Assembly (NCBI RefSeq): GCF_009914755.1
Contig: NC_060944.1
Reading direction: 5' to 3' (one strand)
Source of the DNA: the human T2T-CHM13v2.0 reference genome, Homo sapiens
Length of the DNA: 64,000 nucleotides
The notes under the pieces: model-generated
The model's input: only the letters and a program-made list of their open reading frames with translations
The model's database searches: none
What the model was told of the DNA's origin: nothing
Position numbers and translations under genes: made by a program
Shown here: piece by piece, positions 58,046 through 64,000 of the stretch
Layout of the letters: every line of letters begins with the position of its first letter
Position numbering within the stretch: position 1 is the first letter of the stretch

Positions 58046-58382
58046 ACCCCTCACTGATTCAAAGGATCTTATAGATTAAGTTTAGAGATTTGGGAAATAG
58101 AATGAATGTGAACTAAAATACACTTCACCACTTTTTACTTAACTGTGTGGTCTTGGCAAATTATTTACATTTCTGAGTCTTAGTGTGCCCATTTTACAGA
58201 ATATGAACTAAGAATGAAATAAATCATTTAGCTACTCCAAGCCCCAGTTTTCTACTCTGTAAAATGGGATCAGTAATGATACCTACCCATTGGTGGATAT
58301 TGTGAGGAATAAGTCAGACAGTCCCTATAAAGTGCCTAACATATGACCTTGAACATAGCGAACAGCAAGTAAGTGTTTGTTG

Positions 58383-58420
<38 letters not shown>

Positions 58421-58530
58421 TTGAAGAGGAGGAGAAGGAGGAGGGGAAGGACAAGGAGGAGGAGAAGGATGGAGATGGAAGAGGAGAACAAGGAGAAGAA
58501 GGAAAAAAGGAGGAAGAGGAGGCAAGGAAG
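58383..58530. repeat. (TGA)12 microsatellite followed by a GGA/GAA purine tract
   Basis: 38-bp perfect TGA run at a MIR tail, then ~110 bp almost purine-only. Confidence 0.92.
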
Positions 58531-59321
58531 ATGATGCTATTCCCAGAAGCAATTCACAGGTCCCTCCACCTGGAAGTGAGTCCATATAAACTTTGAAAAT
58601 TCCTATGAAGTATTCTGTCCATCTCCTGTGGTCCAAGCAATGCCAAAGGCCCATATGGATCAGAATCCATGAGGATAGACATGGAGACCAAAGTCACATG
58701 AAGTTGAACAAGTCACTGACGGACCACCAGTAGAGGATGCCAACCCTCTGTATATGAGTGCCAAAATATAGCCCTCTCAGAATCTCAGCCCTCTCTGTGA
58801 AAAGGCAAAGCTACCACAGGCCAGACCCAACTTACGGTAACACAGGAAGACTGGATTAGATCATGTCTACAAAGCACTTTGGACTCCTTGGAGGACAGTG
58901 GTCTATAAATAGCAGGTGGTGGTATTATTATTAATCAGGCCAACCTTTTATTGAAGCTAATTGCTACTGATGCCAATGAGACATTTATCTGGGTATAGCC
59001 AAAGAATCAGACTCTACAGCAGTGATCCATTATTTATTCATCATTAGATTAGCGGCCAAAAAAGAAATGCATCTTATAAAAAGCAATAGTATTTATTGTC
59101 TACAAGAAGCCCAAAAGAGAAAAAAATATCATCTGTTTTTCTGGTCATAAAGACTTCGGTCCCAATGCCACTCCTGGCTGTGACTGGGTACATGATAATA
59201 AGATGAATTCCTTAACATTTCTGAGCCTTCATTTCCTCTACTTCAGGGGTTGTGAAGATGAAATTAGGTGATGAATACTTGTCCCAAGCCCACTGCCAGG
59301 TGTGAGGTAAAGGCGTGGTAG

Positions 59322-59649
<328 letters not shown>

Positions 59650-60249
59650 CTAAGACCCATTTCTAATGCTTAGGGCTCATCATTTGTTACCGTAAACTAA
59701 ACTGTCTTGTCCACACCATCCTTTGCCTCATGAAGTCTGGGCTTTTATTACCAAGAAAATGCGTCCAGTTTGGGGGCCAAAGAAAGAGCAGGGAGATATG
59801 TCAACAGAAATCCAAGGTAAGGTATGCATTATGCCACGAGGCCTTACTCTTCTTTGAATAAGGTTGACTCTCCACTCCCTAATTCCCTGTCCAGCTATGA
59901 CTCCAACCAATGAAGAATTACTGTGGCCAATGCCATACTTTTCTGCTGCCTGAAGTCTAGCCAATAGCTGCCCTCCTCACCCATCTCTTGCTTGCTGGTG
60001 ATTGGAGGGGGAAAAAAATGGCTCACATGTTTGAACTGACCAATGAGTGAGAGACAAAAGCCACAATGATAGACTGGCTTCTAGGTCTGCATAAACCATA
60101 AAGGTGCTCCCAAATAAACACTGTTGACCCACCGTCTGTGAAGAATCATGGGTTACCATATCACCACATTGTTTGACAATCTCCCTGGGGCTCAGCAGAG
60201 AATAGCTGACCAAAAAATAAATAAATAAATAAAAGAAGAAGAAGAAGAC

Positions 60250-61066
<817 letters not shown>

Positions 61067-61182
61067 ATCACTAACCATTTGCCTCTAAATTGTGGTCCCT
61101 GGGCTATTTTTCCTCTGAATTACCAGGGTAAGGTTGATGAGTGTGGAGATTCAAAGGCCACATCCAAGACCTTCCGAATCTA

Positions 61183-61476
<294 letters not shown>

Positions 61477-62279
61477 AAGAATCTGACTCTTTAGGGATGG
61501 GTCTGGGCATGGTAGAGGTCAACAAGTTCCCCAGGTATTTTCTATGAACACTCAAGTCTGAGAACCTCTTCAAAACAGTCCTCCAACAAGGCCATTATCT
61601 TCCATTGACAAATTAAGAAGTTGCTGCATTTGTGTTTGCTTTGTTTGAAGTTGTTTCTCTAATCAATTGATGAGGTTGCTTGTAATTAGAACAAAAGATT
61701 CCAATTTTAGATAGAGTGTCTAATAGTGTATCAAGTAACTAAAGTATGTACTCTGAAGAAGCGGGCACCAATTTTAGTTCAAAAAAATTCCATCTATAAT
61801 CACTAAAGAATCTCTGTTATTTGTGCTTCTTTATACATCGATCATTTATCAAAACCTTTTTCTGGGGTAAATCCTGTGCTTGCTGTTAAGATACTTAGGT
61901 CAATTTGTAGCCTGTTAAGTAAAGGGCTCAAACTTTACTAAATGAACCCACATGGCATTGGTCTGAGTCTTTGAGACTCTAATCTAAAAAGAGTTCTGTT
62001 GGTTTCTTTCCTTGATCTAGTGTCAGTCCATTTAGAACATTAAGGGGTACTCCACTCCTAGAAATGAAGTGTCCTGTGTGCCCAGTCCCCCCTGACTGGT
62101 TTCCCTGACAGTAACTGAAATACTAGGACATTAGACTAAGGGCACAAGGTGGACACACAATACTGCATCTCCAGCCTGTGGCTCCCCCACACTCTCAAGG
62201 CTAAAGTTTACTTCTTGCCCATTCATGACTACTGTGTATGGAAGAGGGATACAAAAAAAAAAGGCACAAAAAATCTAAC

Positions 62280-62508
62280 ACATGGACATATGAGGGGGAA
62301 CAACAGACACTGGGGCCTGTCAGGATGGGGTAGGTCGTGGGGGAAGGAAGAGCATCAGGAACAATAGCTAATGGATGTTGGGCTTAATACCTAGATGATG
62401 GGCTGATCTGTGCACCAAACCACCATGGCACCCATTTAGCTAGGTAACTAACCTGAACATCCCGGACATGTACCCCTGAACTTAAAATAAAAGTTGAAGA
62501 AAAAAAAA
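62280..62508 (+). mobile_element. L1PA (PA11-13-like) short 3' UTR insertion
   Basis: gagcatcaggaacaatagctaatggatgttgggcttaatacctag...gaacttaaaataaaagttg poly-A; TSD aatctaac (62272-62279, 62510-62517). Confidence 0.88.
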
Positions 62509-63088
62509 CAATCTAACTGTTCTGGCTCTTTACATATATTACTTCATTTAGTCTTCACAATTCTGGAAAGTGAACTTGACTATGTAAATTTACCCATGGA
62601 AAAACAGGGGATCAGAGAAGCAATCCCTTGCCCATCAATGGCGCTTAAAAGTGGCCCATCTGGGATTCAGTTAAAAATGTCTCTCCTTCTCTTGGTGGTG
62701 GGATGTGCTCTGGAAAGTGCCTGAAGTCTGTCAGTCATTCAAGCTCTACTCTAACTAGGTTTGTGAAAAACAGAAGTAGAGCTTACACCCATTGACCAGA
62801 GTATTGGGAAGGGTAAGATGCTTTATTGGGATATCTCTATTGAGGGGATATAATTCTTTACTTCCCTTTTATAACAAAGAACTGGCTTAATCAGAAAACA
62901 GTGTGAAATTCTGCATGCTTATGCAACTCTCAGCACTTCGGGATATGCACAGTCAAGGAATTCAATGGTAAAAATATAGGTGGGTGACAGACCATCAATT
63001 AATTAATCAATTGAAATAATTTTCAAAATAAAATATGGAGTATCTACCATTTGCCAAGCACTGAGCTCAGAGTCTAGGGTTGAGTGGT

Positions 63089-63501
63089 TGCCTCAGTCTG
63101 ATTTGCAATGCTATAAAAGAATACCCAAAAGTAGGTAATTTATAAAGAAAAGAGGTATATTTGGCTCACAATTCTACAGGCTGTACAAAAAGCATGGCAC
63201 CAGCATCTGCTTCTGGTAGGGGACTCAAGAAGCTTCCAATCATGGTGAAAGGGCAAGGGAGCCAGTTTGTCATAAGGAAAGACAGGAAGGAAGAAGACAG
63301 GGGAGGGGTGCCAGGCTCTTTTAAACAACCAGCTCTCTTGTGAACTAATGTTGTAGGAACTCATTAGCATGGGGAGGGCACCAAGCCATTCATGAGGGAT
63401 CTGCCCCATGACCCCAAAACCTTCCACTATGCCTTACCCCAAACATTGGGGATTCAATCTCAGCATGAGATTTGGAGGGAATAAATATCCAAATTATATC
63501 A
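63089..63501 (-). mobile_element. MSTB-like MaLR solo LTR
   Basis: gcatggcaccagcatctgcttctggt; ccattcatgagggatctgcccccatgaccc; TSD gtggt/gtgat (63084-63088, 63502-63506). Confidence 0.88.
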
Positions 63502-63613
63502 GTGATCCTCAAACAATTATTTGTTTGAGCTATATGACGTTGCCAATATTTGACCACCTCACCTATAGAAATGGCATTTCATATAGTTCAACCTGTAATT
63601 ACACAATAAACTA

Positions 63614-63992
<379 letters not shown>

Positions 63993-64000
63993 AAACAAGA

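Noticed and set aside
58325-58654. ORF with poly-His and poly-Pro
   Set aside because: Reading of the (TGA)n and GGA-rich simple repeats

Overview
Human genomic DNA (it contains an AluYa5 with all five diagnostic bases). The window is AT-rich, intergenic or deep-intronic, and I recognise no protein-coding exon, tRNA, rRNA or CpG island. It is a mosaic of interspersed repeats: 19 Alu/FLAM copies, old L1M/L1PA fragments, L2, MIR, MaLR/ERVL solo LTRs (MLT1, MLT2, THE1, MST, LTR16/33/41-like), DNA transposon fossils (MER5, MER53, MER58A, MER63, MADE1) and microsatellites. Where ORFs in the supplied track can be traced, they read through Alu, L1, LTR or simple-repeat sequence; the rest resemble no protein I recognise. 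Best leads: (1) an LTR41-like ERVL LTR with a collinear, decayed APOA4-like coding fragment (~24205-24400), suggesting host-gene capture by a retroelement; (2) a cluster of template-switch-like rearrangements at 50.3-53.1 kb (dispersed duplication, a palindrome split by an Alu, duplicated LTR end); (3) a young, possibly polymorphic AluYa5; (4) MER53 and MADE1 hairpins of the miR-1302/miR-548 source families; (5) a CpG-retaining promoter/enhancer-like island at ~4.3-4.6 kb and several splice-bounded candidate non-coding exons. Repeat subfamily names come from recalled consensus sequences, not a search; boundaries without a stated TSD are approximate. I could not identify the locus and found no evidence for a novel multi-gene system.
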